Positions 25,670 to 39,570 of a stretch of DNA of 64,000 bases are shown here, piece after piece (within the stretch, counting starts at the first letter, position 1; each line of letters begins with the position of its first letter). The notes below the pieces were generated by a model. The model ran no database searches and was not told the origin of the DNA. It worked only from the letters and a program-made list of their open reading frames with translations. Origin of the DNA: Camelus dromedarius (Eukaryota); the NCBI RefSeq assembly GCF_036321535.1, contig NC_087436.1, positions 5,332,001 to 5,396,000 on the forward strand, written 5' to 3'. The position numbers and the translations under genes are program-made.

Positions 25670-28600
25670 CTGAAGGACCGAGTGTTTATCTCCACGGTGG
25701 GTCTCAAGAGGGCTGTCACGATAACAATATATGATTACGCAGACAGGAGCGCCAAACCAAACAGCAAACAGAAAGCACGACGGGCAAAGAAATGGTAAAT
25801 TCGATGACTGTGCGTGACCTCTTTCAAAAAGAAAGGAGTCGAAACAGTTGTGATAAATGAGTGCCCGAGGAGCATCGCAGGGGGTCAGCTGGAAGTAACA
25901 GACAGAGAGGCAGTGCCAGCCCTGCACAGACCCAGCGTCTGAGACCATCAATGACCTGGAACCCCTGAGATAAAAAAAAAACGTGTGCAAATGACACTGA
26001 GCAAGAAGGTACAACATACACACCCATCAACCGATTTCGAAATATGACTTAATAAAGTGCTAATCCAATATTTAACTCTCTGTGCACTCCCAAAGAAAAC
26101 TATCATTGTCTGCTCAACACTTAGAAATTATGAAAACATAACATATTCTCTGTCCCAAGCCAAATAGGTAAGATGCCAACTGCGGAAGGAAGAGGAGAAA
26201 AAGGAAATTAACAGGAGGAAAGTACGGACATCTCATAAAAATAACTTTTATAGTTTGTAAAATATCGATATTTCATAGCAAAGAAAAGGGCAATAAAATA
26301 TAAAACCACTCTCCAGCTAAAAAACAAAACTGGCTCTGCCCCGTGGCATCTGCACATGTAATTTCTATTCTTCCAAACTCCCAGAAAGCACCAGAATACA
26401 AAAGAATGATCCAAAGAGACAAAAATGGGTCCTCTTCCTCCTCCTCCTTCAATGAATGATTTACTGTTCAACAAGGGTTAACACAGGTCAGCTTAAGGGG
26501 GAAAAAAAAAAAAGAGGGCACTCGTGCTCAGCCTTCACACAGAGCAGAATGAAAAATTGTCCCCAGTTATTTACCCTCCCGTGACTTATGGGTCCTGGGC
26601 ACAGTTGATAACGCTTTTAAATACTTGGTTTCACATCAAGCCACCTCTCCTCCTTTCAAATGGCCTTTTCAAGATATCTGTGTTGACAGGCTCGAACTCG
26701 CAGGGTCCTGCTCGGGGGGCCACCCAAGTAGAATGCTGAAAAAACCCTCAGCTCACAGATGGTAATATGCCAGGTGCCAGAACACCAAGCGGGCTGCCTT
26801 TTGGGTCTGGATGGAAACCAAATGAACTGAGCTACTCACTGGATTAACTTGTCATTAGACTCACATTTCTAACCTCCAAAGGGCACATTTTATTTTTTTG
26901 CCTCACCTGCGTGCCTTTGTGAAAATACTGGGTATCTTACATGCGCTGGATGTAAATGTTATTTAAAACCGCATGTTAAGAAATAATCTTGTTCAGAAGC
27001 AGGTTTTAAAGAAAAAAAAAAAATTCTCTCAAGGTCACCCTTATTGCTATATGACTTTTCCAGGGAGATGCTTGGAAAAAGAATTTCAGGCAGTGGGAAG
27101 AGTGTGTTCAAATTCATGCAAAAATCATCAAATTGGGGGAATTGAAAGGAGTTCAGAAAAGCTGAGGCTTAAATAACAGAGGTGGATGGGTGAAGGCAAT
27201 AAAGCATTTGAGCTTGATCTGCGAAACAGGAAATCCTGTTACTAGGTTTTTGAGCGGAGAGGCAATCAGGTACGGAATGAATTGTTGACATGACCTTAAA
27301 AGGTATTTTTTAAAAATATGGTGTCACCGCAATTGTTACAGAGTTGTAAACAAAAATGAAATCCCATTATAAAGCTGAGACTCCTTGTCACAAAGGCCAC
27401 AGCGTAGGACCTAGGTTTCTATGTTGAGCACACGTGAAATTCAGCCTCACCCTTCCCCCTTTATGACTGGTGCTAACGTCCCAGCCCAGTGATCCCATAA
27501 TGGCATTTCACCTTCCCCTGCTCCCTACCAGCTGGCAAGGGAGGGTGGGCAGCGAAGTGTGGGGCACAGCCGGGTGGTTCTCTGTAGACGACACTGACAA
27601 GAATTGTGAAAGCAGAGGATGTGACAGCGTCAGAGTCCTGATCTGCAGAACCTGAAACCAGAGGTACGACCCAGCTCCCCGAGACCCCAGGAACCCCTTC
27701 ATGTGATGGGTAAACTGGCACAGATTTCCTGTTACTCCAGCATTTGGGGTTTCCTGCCTTGGAATACTGGGGAGCTTCTGAACAGATAACTGCTCAGCGA
27801 CAATAAAAGTTCATTGGGAGAGCTCTCAGCACCGGGACAGGAGTGTGCTATTTCTACCAGGAAAAAGGCTTCAGTTACAGGCAAAGATCTATGGAGGCTG
27901 AAGTCTCCTGGGATCACGTTCATCCCACTGTTCAGTGCATGTGCCTCGGAACAAGGGACAGTCGCCGGGCAGGCTGGCTGGGGGGAGGGGCAGGGGGATA
28001 ACCTTTCCTCACCATCCAGGAATCACAGCCCCAGGTTCCCTGGCAGCCCATCACACCTTGACCATGGATTACAGCTGGACAACCAAGGCCAGGACAATGG
28101 ACAAATGCCAGCTGTTACCATTGGCCCTGCCTCCCTAGGAGGCCCGAGTCCCAGGAAACCCGGGGCCACCCAAATGCTCGCTATGTGAACCATTCTCTTA
28201 AACTGAAGTGGAGATATTTATTCAGAGTTATAGTTTATACTTACACTGGAATGTATCTTTGTGTGGGTTTTAAACACTACATTTATAGGAGTTTATTATT
28301 TTTTTTTTGACTACATCTGTTGAACAGAAAACTCTCAGGTGGTACAAGATGCTTTCCTTAGGTTTTAGAATCTTCTCTCCTTTGAAAATTGTTCCATACA
28401 GCCTTCAAGGAAAGTATTTTATGGCAACATTTAACAAGCACGTGATGCTTGGTCAGGACATTTCTAGTATAGGATTTGGCTTAAAAATAGCTCAAAGTTT
28501 TAGACAATGTATGAATAAAGAGCGAGGAGGGGCTATTTACTTACTAACATGATGCTAATTTAATTTACTATGAGGAACTTTTTTAATACGCCAAAAAGGC

Positions 28601-29057
28601 TTGTTTTGATCAGGAGTCTGTGTTAATTTCCTCCCCACCTTTTCTACCATCTCCATTTCTAAGGGCAATATTTAAAAAGGTTTATGAATGAATGCACTTA
28701 GGTTTCGCTCTTGGATCTCCAGGCAGGTATAATATTGACTTTATCTGGTTGAAGAAAGTAAACCCAGAAATAGCCCCTCTATTTGTGCTGAAAGAGGGAA
28801 CCAAAAAAGTGCGGAAAGAGAGTTAATATGTAACCCAATCATCGCCAAAGGGGTCAGACACACCTGCTGGGAACCCAGGTGTCGGCCCTCAGGTTCTGTG
28901 CCACACCTCCCTGAACCAGGAGCCGGGGTCTGCTCCAAGACCCGCCTGAGGGACAGTGAAGGAAGCCCTGGTCACAGGAAGTGTCTGGATTTCAGCTTCA
29001 CATCCTTCTCCTAAACTGAAATGCTGCTCACTCGCTTGATAGAACATTCACACCCAC

Positions 29058-29645
29058 TACAGTATACTCACTGTTCGTTGAGTCCGTGATCGCTAACGTT
29101 CCAATCAGCTCAAACGTGTTTGTAACCGGAAATCCATACGCAGCTTTCCTGTGGTCATTCGGGGACAGGTTGTACGGGGTCCCCCAAGGTACCTGGTCCC
29201 AGCTGGTGTCCATCCAGGGGAAGCTCCCTTCCTGTTTTCAGTCCCATCCTGTGACCAAGTGTCCTTTCCCCAGTATACTGAGTGCCATATCTTCCTCATT
29301 TTTATGTTTTGGGGGTGACTTCACTGTTTTCAATGGCCCCAAACACAGTTAAGTGCTGGCTAGTGTCTTGAGATGCCCCCTACGGGTGTGCGACAAGCCT
29401 GGTCCAGAAGTAGCCATCAGCCATGAGTTCAATGGTCCTGAACTCACAGTACATGTCAGATAAGGTGTCTTTAAACAGAGACACACACAGGACCAGGTTA
29501 CCCAGAGATCGGCTGAGGAAAGCTGTGACCAGGGGCTGGCGGGCCCCGATCCTGTATCTCCCCCAGGTGTGATGGTTCTGTATTTGCCAGGTCAACATTT
29601 CCAGTGACCGATCCAATGTAACTGCCACAAGTAACCAGAGCTTAT
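29058..29645. mobile_element. TcMar-Tigger DNA transposon relic (MER82-like)
   Basis: ccatgagttcaatg...taaggtgtctttaaacag...gctgtgaccagggg...cctgtatctcccc motifs. Confidence 0.6.
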
Positions 29646-30842
29646 GTTAAACCACAGGCACACACAATTAAAGACCACTGTCCCTTGCTCTCGGGGAAAT
29701 TAAACTGTCAAGTACACACTCTGTAAAACATCCAAATACAATCGAAATTTGTGCCATTCTTCTCCAAATTTTAAAAATACATTAACATCACGTCACTGGG
29801 GTTAATATTAAAATATAAATGCCCACGGTCTCGGGCTGCTGTCAGATGATGCTAAAAAGCGCGGGGCTCCTTGCTAGCTCGGCAACATCCTACCCCAGCC
29901 TGGTGTGTCCACGAGCTAAATCCACACACGCCCTTTGCCTCCGTAGGTTTCAAGAGCTGTGTCTGTTTGTCCAGGATGTGAACTGATTCCCTGGAGAGTA
30001 TTTAAACGTCGAGCCTGGACGGCATCTGGAGAGTAAGTTGTGATAGAGACTTGGGGTCTCGGGTAGGGGAGAGGGGTCCTTCCTTCGAGGACGGTTTCCA
30101 CCCTGCTCCACTGCTCCTGCCCACATCCTCCACCCTCAACCCCCTCCTCTTAGAGGGACAGGGAGGAGCTCATGTGATGAACTTTTCTTGCTGGTGTCTT
30201 ACGGTGTCTTTAAAGAAAACACAAGCAGCTTCTGGCTTCTCTCTGTGACCCACACAGAGGCCCGCACTCAGTGCTGTTCTGTTCTCAGGTCATTCTCTGG
30301 TCCAACAAGCAAACAAAGGCAGGCGGTGCATCGGCCATTCTCCCCACCCAGGCCGCCCCCTTCTCACCTGGTCCCGTGTCCTCAGGTCCTGAGCTGCACA
30401 GGCCACAGACCAGCCCCACCCCCTGCATCCCCTGCTGGGTTTGCTGAACAGCAGGCACAAGCTCAGGGGGCAGGAGGAGGAAAAGCCTGGGTGTTTCTCC
30501 CCCTACTCCCTCCTCCTTCCCGTCCCCTAACCCCCCAAACCCCTGTCCTCAAATTAGGGGCTAAGTGAGTGTGGTTCAGGCACCCCTTGGGGTCTCCCAG
30601 GGCCTTTCCAGGGGTCCGTGAGATCCAAATTATTTTCATAATAACATTAACACACATTTTGCCTCTTTTAATCTCAGTCATGAGTGTGCAAGTTAAAGAA
30701 AGATCCCTTTGATTACCTATTTCTTATCTTCTGTGCACAAGTTGAAAAGCAAATAAACTGGAAAACATATTCACCAGGTATGTATCAATGGATTACACAT
30801 TTAATTGTAAATATATTCTTACACATAATGAGAGAAAGACAC

Positions 30843-31062
30843 TACATGATCCAGCAGTCCCACTCCTGGGCATATATGTGGAGGGAACTCTAATTCGAAA
30901 AGATACATGCACCCCAATGTTCATAGCAGCACTATTTACAGTAGCCAAGACATGGAAATAACCCAAATGTCCATCAACAGATGACTGGATAAAGAAGACG
31001 AAGATGTGGTGTATACATATGCAACGGAATACTACTCAGCCATAAAAAAGAATAAAATAATG
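30843..31062 (+). mobile_element. L1 ORF2 3' fragment
   Basis: gatccagcagtcccactcctgggcat...cagatgactggataaagaag. Confidence 0.88.
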
Positions 31063-32119
31063 AGGAAAAAACAAACAGACCAACGCAAACATAGATCCAG
31101 GGCATGAAGATGCACTCACCAAAAGCGAAACCCAGATGGTGACAAATTATGAAGAAAAACATTCCATGTCACCAGTACTAAAATTGCGCTATGCAAAATG
31201 AGAAATTGCTTTCTAAGTGTTTTAAAACAAGATGTAGCTACAGAGGGTAATCACCTCACTGCCTACAGAGACACAAAAAACTGGGCCAAAATGTGTGTAT
31301 TGTTCAGTGAAAAACTGGTTGAAGGAATTACAGAACATGAAAAGACCTGCACATCATGAACAAAATAATGCTGCCAACTCATATTTTACATCCATGGTAT
31401 TCTATTATTTAGCAAAAACTCCTATGACAAAGCAGATGGACCGTAATATTCCACTTTGGTGAAAAGAGAAATGTAAACATGCACACTAAGAAAATGGACG
31501 GTGTCACACCAAAATTTAACTTCAGTGAACACGCAGCCGAGATTCATGAAAGCAGAGAGCAGCAGGTGACACAGGGAAGAGATCCTGGGGAGGCTTCCTG
31601 GACCGGAGAACACAGAACCTGGGACTAAACTGATAGCCGTCCCAGGGCGGAGGGGTGGGTGCTCCAGGAAGAGGGCAGGAGGCATGCAGAGCTGGGAGGA
31701 GGAAGGACAGCTCCACCTCTGCTGTTGGGTTCCCACGTGGGACCAAGAGGTCCATGGAGGGAGGAAGAGGAAAGACCGGACTGAAAGATGTGAAAACCAC
31801 GCTGAGGAATGTGGATTTTACCAGAAAGGCAACGGGGTGGGTGGAGGAGGCTGTAAGGGTCAGACCCTATAAACACAAGGAGAAGGAGACAGGGGAGGGC
31901 ACTGCGGGGGCCCGGGATGCTGTGACCTCGCCCTCAACTCAAGCAGCAGCAGCAGAAGGACTGCAAGGAATCCTTAAGATGCACTGGGAAGTAGAAACAA
32001 TGGCTCTTGGGAAACATTTAAATACAGGGAGTTCATAGGGGAATCAGGGATTCAGATTTCTGACTCCAACACTTTGGTGACACGTGTTACCACTCCCCAG
32101 CTTCAGGCTGAACATTTGG

Positions 32120-32410
32120 GTCTCCTCAGGGAATCCCCGTGTTGAAGTCTAGCCCCTCCTTGTGATGTTATCAGCACTCAGGACCTTCTGAGGTGGATGA
32201 GGCCACGGGGGTGGGGCCCTCACAACGGGATCAGTGACCCCAGAAAGGGACCTTCCACGCGGTGAGGTCACAGGGAGAAGAGTGTGTGAACAAACGGAAC
32301 CAGCTCTCACCTGACAAAAAGTCTTGGACATCCCAGCCTCCAGAACTGTGAGAAACAAATCTTGAAGGCTCCCAGTCCATGGTCTTTTTGTTCCAGCAGC
32401 CCAAATGGAC
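32120..32410 (+). mobile_element. MaLR (MLT1A-like) LTR
   Basis: ggtggggccctcac...cttggacatcccagcctccagaactgtgagaaacaaat...agcagcccaaatggact. Confidence 0.78.
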
Positions 32411-34494
32411 TGCCAACCTTCCCGTATGGTGGAATTCACGAGGGGTCTCAACTTGGGGAGGTGAGATCAGTTTTGAACATGTAGAACTGAGGTTCTAAGG
32501 GACCATCCAAGTAATTATGACCAGCAGGCACTGCCTGTGTGGGTCTGGAGCATGACAGCCAGGTGTGGGTTGAAAATACAGATCTGGAAACTATCGAAGG
32601 ACAGGTGGTTATTAAAGCCATGGTTGTGTCTCCACGACCTACATTTCCCAAGAGGAGGTCGCAGTAGGAGAAACGGGTCAAGGGAGCCTCGTCTGCCAAG
32701 CCCTGGATCCCTGTTTCTCGGTCAGCAGTGGCATCAGACCCTTTGTGGGGCTGAACACAGGGCTCCTGCCTTTCTGTCACAAACCCCACGTGAGCTATTT
32801 CTTCTGCACGTCCGACCATAGAACCCGGGGTGAAGAAACCAAGCAAATACTTAGATGGCATAAAATAAGGAAGGCACGCTCATGGGTCTGAACACAGTGG
32901 GCAGTGTATTTTTTAAACTGTCTGACGTCGCTGAGTAATTTTCCGAGTTTACTACTACCACATGATCTCTAAGATTGGTTGGACGTCAAATTTCTTTCTG
33001 TAGGAATTTTATTCTGGGTGGGGGGAAAAAAGTCACTTTAGATAAAGTTCTTTAATAATTAAGAAATAGAAGAGTCAGAAAATGAGGACCTGGCAATTTG
33101 TCTCAACTTTAATAACACATTTAATATTAATATACTACGTTTACTAATTAAAAGATTAATATATTACATTTGCATATCCGCTTGGCAAAGACTAGAGGAA
33201 TTATCCCAAATAAAGGAAAGTGGTACTCTTATATGTTTCTTATGAAAGGACACTTTTATGTTTTTTAAAAGGCAACATGGTAATATATACCAAACATACT
33301 GAAAAAAGTGAAAATCTGACCCAATAATTCAACTTTCTAGGAAGTCATTCTAATGAAATAAATAAGAAAATATTTAAAGAGGTATGTATACATCAAGGTG
33401 TTCACTGTACAGTAGTTTTATGAGAGTGAAATTAAAACTAACCTTTAAGTCCAACACTATGGCACTGGTTAAACAAAAAGCTGTCCATTGGTCAGAATGC
33501 TGATGTGATCAAGGCTTCTTATCTGAGATCCACAGCCCTGAGACCCCTAAACTTTATACAGTATTTTCCTCTATATGCATATTTATGCGACAGAGAGAGA
33601 TGTTGCACAGACTTCTTTAGAATATCAAGTACGTTACAACCCAGAAGAGTTTAAGAATCACTGACAACACAAGCAAGTACTTACAGTGAAAGACAATGAC
33701 AATATTTGGAAGAGTGAAAAGAGGCAGGTTTAAAAATAACACATTATGTGAGATCTCATTTTAGTAAAAAAGTAACTTGAAATGCGTCAACATCATATGT
33801 AGAAAAATTATAAAAGCTGTGCAAGAAATATTAAAATTGGTAAGCAAATTTTAGACATTTTTATTTAAAAATCTGGAAATTATCAATATTCTGCATAGTT
33901 AAAGCTTTCTTGTATAAATCAACTATTAATAATGTAAGCAGTTTATCTAATGATATTTTTCAGTATTTAGGAAAATATTACAGTAATTTAAAGTTTTTAA
34001 ATCAAATTTGATTTGGGATAAAGATTGTATTACTATCAAATATTATATTTCATTTAAGCAGATGTCAAAACCAATACAGAATAAACTGCCTTAGGGTCTG
34101 GGATTTGTGATTTAGTACTGTGCACGAATCTACCCAAACTGTATGATGGTCTCTCCCTCACTCAGCCTTTGGATAAATAAAGTCTAGGCCTGATTTATTT
34201 ATTAATTAAAGAATCTTTGGCATTTAATTTATATATCATTATTCTTTAAGCTCAAAGGTGTGCCTGGCCACACACCACAATCCAAGCTCTACTGTAGTTA
34301 CTACACCACCACTCTAGAGTTATGTCTTTTTCTGGTTCCAAATATTTTCTTAAATTATATTATATGACATGGGTGTAAACTTGTAATGATGACATCATGA
34401 ACAAAGTGAATTCACTAGAAAAATAACTCAGTGAGTCAGCTACAGAAACAAGAAGCAACAAGCTCGTTCAGCTCAACATGAAGGAAAATCCTAC

Positions 34495-34520
34495 CATGGG
34501 CTGAATTTTCCTCTCATAAC
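34495..34520 (-). CDS. Tentative micro-exon, 26 nt (phase 0 to 2)
   Basis: cctcctttttttag acceptor, ATG|gtagga donor; VMRGKFSP. Confidence 0.4.
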
Positions 34521-34682
34521 CTAAAAAAAGGAGGCTCATAAAAGAAGGCTTGAACAGATGAGTCTATGCGAATTTCAGAGTTAGGAAAACGCATTTTTCA
34601 TTCAAATGGCAAAGAGGAGTTCACTTCAGAACTGTATTATGAGCCAAAGAGTGTAGACAAAGAAAATGTCTTATCACAGCAT

Positions 34683-35197
34683 GGAAATAGCCTAAATGTC
34701 CATCAGCAGATGACTGGATAAAGAAGATGTGGTATATTTATACAATGGAATACTACTCAGCCATAAAATCCAACAACATAATGCCATTTGCAGCAACATG
34801 GATGCTCCTGGAAAATGTCATTCTAAGTGAAGTAAGCCAGAAAGAGAAAGAAAAATACCATATGAGATCACTTATATGTGGAATCTAAAACAACAACAAC
34901 AACAAACAAAGCATAAATACAAAACAGAAATAGATTCACAGACATAGAATACAAACTTGTGGTTGCCAAGGGGGTTGGGGGTGGGAAGAGATTGGGATTT
35001 CAAAACTATAGAATAGATAAACAAGATTATACTGTATAGCACAGAGAAATATATACAAGATCTTATGATAGCTCACAGAGAAAAAAATGTGACAATGAAT
35101 ATATGTATGTTCATGTATAACTGAAAAATTGTGCTCTACACTGGAATTTGACACAACATTGTAAAATGATTATAAATCAATAAAAAATGTTAAAAAA
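34683..35197 (+). mobile_element. Young 5'-truncated L1 with long TSD
   Basis: aaagaaaatgtcttatcacagcat repeated at 34659-34682 and 35198-35221. Confidence 0.95.
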
Positions 35198-35506
35198 AAA
35201 GAAAATGTCTTATCACAGCATAATTAGAGTGATTTGCTTAAATAAAATAGCTTATGAAAACATGATGACATCGGTGTGTCTGCAGAAGAAATAAAATTAA
35301 CATATTCATCTAAGAAACACTGATTCTAAGCACTTGATATGTAGTAACTGTAAGTCCTAACTTTGAACCTCCATCTTCAAGCTACTTGGCAGGTGTTGCC
35401 CTTGGGCCACAACACTGTCCACCCCGATACCAGCTTCACGGTGAAGGACGCAGAGTGAAGATGGAGCTGAACCTACAAAGGTTCCCGACAGACGACGCCG
35501 TCTTAC

Positions 35507-35560
35507 TGGGAAAGTCTGGGGAACTGGGAAGTCACTGCAGTTGCTGTGCAACTCTGCTTT
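35507..35560 (-). CDS. Tentative exon, 54 nt (62 nt if the acceptor is a mutated TG at 35570-35569)
   Basis: Pyrimidine tract ttttttatttctttt, CA|gtaaga donor; KAELHSNCSDFPVPQTFP. Confidence 0.35.
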
Positions 35561-35828
35561 CTCCGTGCCAAAAGAAATAAAAAATTAAAAAGAACTGACT
35601 TTCTCATTTCTTTGTAAGACCTGAAACAATTAACAATCATTCAGACAGACCTTCATACACGAAAGCCTGTTATCCCGCTGAACTAGGTGAATTACCAGAA
35701 ATACGCATTTAAAGAATGAAACTGCCGACTTGCAGTCGAGGAACGACGAAGGAAGCCATCTTATTGTTACATAAAATCAATTATCTTCAAATCTGAAAGC
35801 AGCATTTTTTTCCCTAAGTGTTTTAGTA

Positions 35829-36047
35829 CAGTTGAATCTTGAACAATGCGGGGGTTAGGGGTGCCAACCCTCTGCGAAGCGGAAAACCCACATATAAGTT
35901 ACAGTCAGCCCTCTCAACCCACGGTTCTCCTGTAGCCTAAGATTCAGCCAACCTTGCATTGTGCAGTACCGTATATTTACTATGGAAAAAAATCCGAGTA
36001 TAAGTGGACCCATGCAATTCAAACCTGGGTTGTTCAGGGGTCAACTG
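35829..36047. mobile_element. Tigger2-derived MITE (MER8-like)
   Basis: TIRs cagttgaatcttgaacaa / ttgttcaggggtcaactg, flanked by TA on both sides. Confidence 0.85.
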
Positions 36048-36854
36048 TATACAGTCCCAAGTATCCTGAAAAAGTTCAGAGAGTCTAGCACTTAACCCAG
36101 AGGGGTTCTCGAAGCTGCTGGAGTCGTGTCCAGACTTGTAGAATAAACGGCCTCAATATGGAATTAGAAAATTTATATTCAACACCATCAACAGTTGATT
36201 TTATCCACTCACTCAATGTTTAATAATGTGAACCAGAAAAATAAACCAGGGAGTGAGAATCAAAAACAAGGAGTCTTTTTGTAGACTTTACTGAAGCGGG
36301 AGAGTTACGAGTATTAATTAAGAAGGAAAACGGCACGAACTATGAGGAGCCACCCCACTCAGGTCCATCAAAGCTGGGACTAGTGGCTCTTTGTGGAGGA
36401 GTCTACACTCACGGCTGGCACAGGGGTTCTCAAAGTGCGCTCCGGGAGCCTTTGGGGGGTCTGAGGTCAATGTTCTTTTCCCATAAATGTGCAGTGGTGT
36501 TGTCTTGGGGTTCCCCAATGCACAGCATCACAGAGCGCAGAGCCAGACAGGAGAATTCAGCTGCCTTCCAGCAAGCCAGACACAAGAGTGACACCCAGAC
36601 ACTATAAACCACCACCACTCTCCTCACTGTGTCTGCTTTGGAAGAATATAATTACGTTTTGATAAATCATAGTAATATTTATCACAGCTATTTCTAAAGA
36701 AGTGTGTTTAGGCATCCTCAGTTTAATTTCTAACATGGTAAACTCCGGTAGTTTGACACAGCATTGTAAAGTGACTGTACTTCAATACAAAAATAAAAAT
36801 TTAAAAAACATTAAAGAAGAAAAGTTAAAATATATATCGATTGATTTTTTAATA

Positions 36855-37142
36855 TATTTTTATTGAAGTATAGTCAGTTTACAGTGTTGTGTCAATTTCT
36901 GGTGCACAGCATAATGTTTCAGTCATATGTGAACATATATGTAATTCATTTTCATTATTCTTTATCACTGTAAGTCACCACAAGATATTGAATATAGTTC
37001 CCAGTGCTGTGCAGTATAAACTTGTTGTTTATCTATTCTATGTATATTAGTTAGTATTTGCAAATCTCGAACTTCCAATTTATCCCTTCCCACCCCCTCC
37101 ACTAGTAACCATAAGTTTGTTTTCTATGTCTGTGAGTCTGTT
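36855..37142 (-). mobile_element. L1 3' end (tail-to-tail with a short + strand L1 tail at ~36752-36810)
   Basis: L1 3' UTR motifs in both orientations. Confidence 0.87.
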
Positions 37143-37362
37143 TAATCTACAGAAACAAAAGATCTTTGGCATCATCAATAGTCTTCACCAGGATAAAAGC
37201 CTCTGAAGATCAAGAGGTCTGGAGCACTTGTCCTGCATATGGTTGGTGGTCAGGACTGAGTCAGGAACTAGCAGGGACGCCACACAGATGCAGTGATCAA
37301 TAGACACAATTTAAAGTCGTGCTATTTAAAATGTTCTCCATGCAGGTGAAGCGTTTCCTTAC

Positions 37363-37417
37363 AGAGAAGAAACTGGACAGGACGAGGCGGCCGCAGCCAT
37401 GAAAAGTCATCACTTCT
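37363..37417 (-). CDS. Tentative exon, 55 nt
   Basis: gtctgcag acceptor, CT|gtaagg donor; two open frames (RSDDFSWLRPPRPVQFLL or EVMTFHGCGRLVLSSFFS). Confidence 0.35.
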
Positions 37418-37776
37418 CTGCAGACTCAATGCTGTGATTTTAGAGAAAATCTTGGATTTAAAGCTGGGCATGCAGGCATCTTTCATAGCAAAACTGTGCT
37501 GAGGGGACAAGTGTGGTTTCTTGTTAGGTCCTTCAGTTTCTAGAAGGCATCACTTTTCAAATAATGTTACTATGATCAATGTTAATAATATCTGCTATTA
37601 AAAATAAGGTCAAATCAAAAGAAAAACACCAATTAAGCATTTGCTCAGAAATGTTTCCTAAAATGACTCACCCACGGACCTTTCAGGCTGGCTAATACTT
37701 TCCTTGCGTATAGAATTCCCCGAGACTCTTCCTCAAAGACAAATGTGGAAGTTACTTAAGCGCCAGAATAAGATAC

Positions 37777-37806
37777 CGTATATTCCTGGAAGGAGCACAA
37801 GCGATT
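37777..37806 (-). CDS. Tentative micro-exon, 30 nt
   Basis: ttatttttgttttgttacattcag acceptor, ACG|gtatct donor; NRLCSFQEYT or IACAPSRNIR. Confidence 0.4.
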
Positions 37807-38070
37807 CTGAATGTAACAAAACAAAAATAATAAGGTCCTGCCTACTTTGTCAGCAGAACCTACTGATAAAACTGAAAATTGAACAGGATTAGAGGAGACA
37901 TTGACAAAAACAAAATAAAAACGCTGTCTTTCTGCATAAAAGCCTTCACAAGTTCCCAGACGAACTTTCACTGAATAAAGGGAAACACCGCAAAACCGTT
38001 TCTAAGATTTCATAAAAGGAAGCCAGCTTGGGAAACCACTCTCATGGATGGTATCATTTAAAATACACTT

Positions 38071-38207
38071 GGGGGCGGCGGGGAGGGCACAGCTTAAGCG
38101 GGAGAGCGCGTGCTTAGTGTACATGAGGTCGTGGGTTCAATCCCCAGTACCTCCTCCAAAGAATAAATAAATAAACCTAATTACCTCCCCCACCTAAAAA
38201 AAAAAAG
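38071..38207 (+). mobile_element. tRNA-derived SINE (vic-1-like)
   Basis: gggttcaatccccagtacctcc core, aataaataaataaacctaattacctcccc tail, poly(A). Confidence 0.88.
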
Positions 38208-39049
38208 AAAGACTAACACTAACATACACTGGAGCACTGAGCCTTGCCATCTGCCGACAGGCCAGAGGGAAGCCCCTGTTGACCATAAAAGGGCCTGCAC
38301 GCCCTCGGAGGACAGCGCTCAGGGTCTGCCTTCCCCGAGCGTAAATGCATGCCATTCCCTTGTGCTCACGCGCCTGGAGGCTGGCCAGCACAGGAGGGTC
38401 CGGGGCCCACGGCAAGCAGGATTCAGACAGCCTGTGCCTTCACCCCTCACCCAGCGCCCTTTATTTTTCTAGCTCGTCTTGTCTCATGGTGAAAATACCC
38501 ACAAAGCGTAAGATCACGACCATCCCACAGGTGACAGGTCTGGAAATCCTGGAAAATACGCCTTTACGATTGAGCAGGAGGAGGGGAGACACACTCCCCG
38601 GAAAGAGGCACTGCTTTCCCAGTCACGTTCCAGCTGTGCGAACACTGCAGAAGGAAGCAGAGGGTCCTTGTGTCCCTAGGACGGCCTGTCCACTTACGCT
38701 TCTAGAAGATTAGAGTTCAAGAACTTTGGAGAAACAGCAAGTGCACACACTACCATGGCGTGGAACTGAGGGAAAACACTGGTCACAGTAATTAAAGACA
38801 CGGCACCACATGATGCCCAGTGGGGGTGTGTGGGGTGTGTGTGCAGGTGTGTGCATGTGTGGGTGCGCGCGCGTGTGTGTGTGACTAGAACACTGTGATC
38901 AGAGAGCAAACATATAGATATGACTATGAATACAGTAAATAGCTTCCATGTAAAACTCAGGAAACCTGAGATTTCAGGTTAGTTACTTGTGTTAAAGAGA
39001 CAATATAGGGATCTCAGATTATGGCTTTCCCCAGGAGACCGTGTTTGAC

Positions 39050-39570
39050 TTTTTTTTTTAATAGACTTTTATTCTTTTAGAGCAGTTTCAGGTTCACAAC
39101 AGAATTGAGCAGAAAATACAGAGTTCACATATAGCCCTCCCCACCCACACATATACACTCCCCTACCCTCAACATCCCTCATCAGTGAGGCATATTTGGT
39201 ACAATCAATGAAGCAACATGGGCACATTATTATCAACCAAAGTCCATAGTTCACATTAGGGTTCACTCTTGTTGTACATTCTATGGGCTTTGACAAATGC
39301 ATAATGACACGTAGCCACCACTATAGTATCATACAGAATAATTTCATCACCTTAAAAACTCCTTGTGCTCCATCTATTCATTCCTCCCTCCCCCCGCTGC
39401 AAACCCCTGGAAACCACGATCTTTTTATTGTTCCTGTAGCTGTGCCTTTTCCAGAAGGTCATTTGGTTGGAATCGTACAGTTTGTAGTCTTTTCAGACTG
39501 GCTTCTTCCATTTAGTAATATGTCTTTTAAGTCTCTTCCATGTCTTCCATGGCTTGATAGCTCATTTCTT
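39050..39570 (-). mobile_element. Old L1M (MB/MC-type) 3' end
   Basis: ttttagagcagtttcaggttcac...ccatagttcacattagggttcactctt. Confidence 0.8.

Noticed and set aside
26620..26735. Possible minus-strand exon after a ttttttcag acceptor
   Set aside because: No convincing donor before stops occur in all three frames.
38473..38507. Possible plus-strand micro-exon (ttttctag...gtaaga)
   Set aside because: Isolated; I found no phase-consistent plus-strand exon chain.
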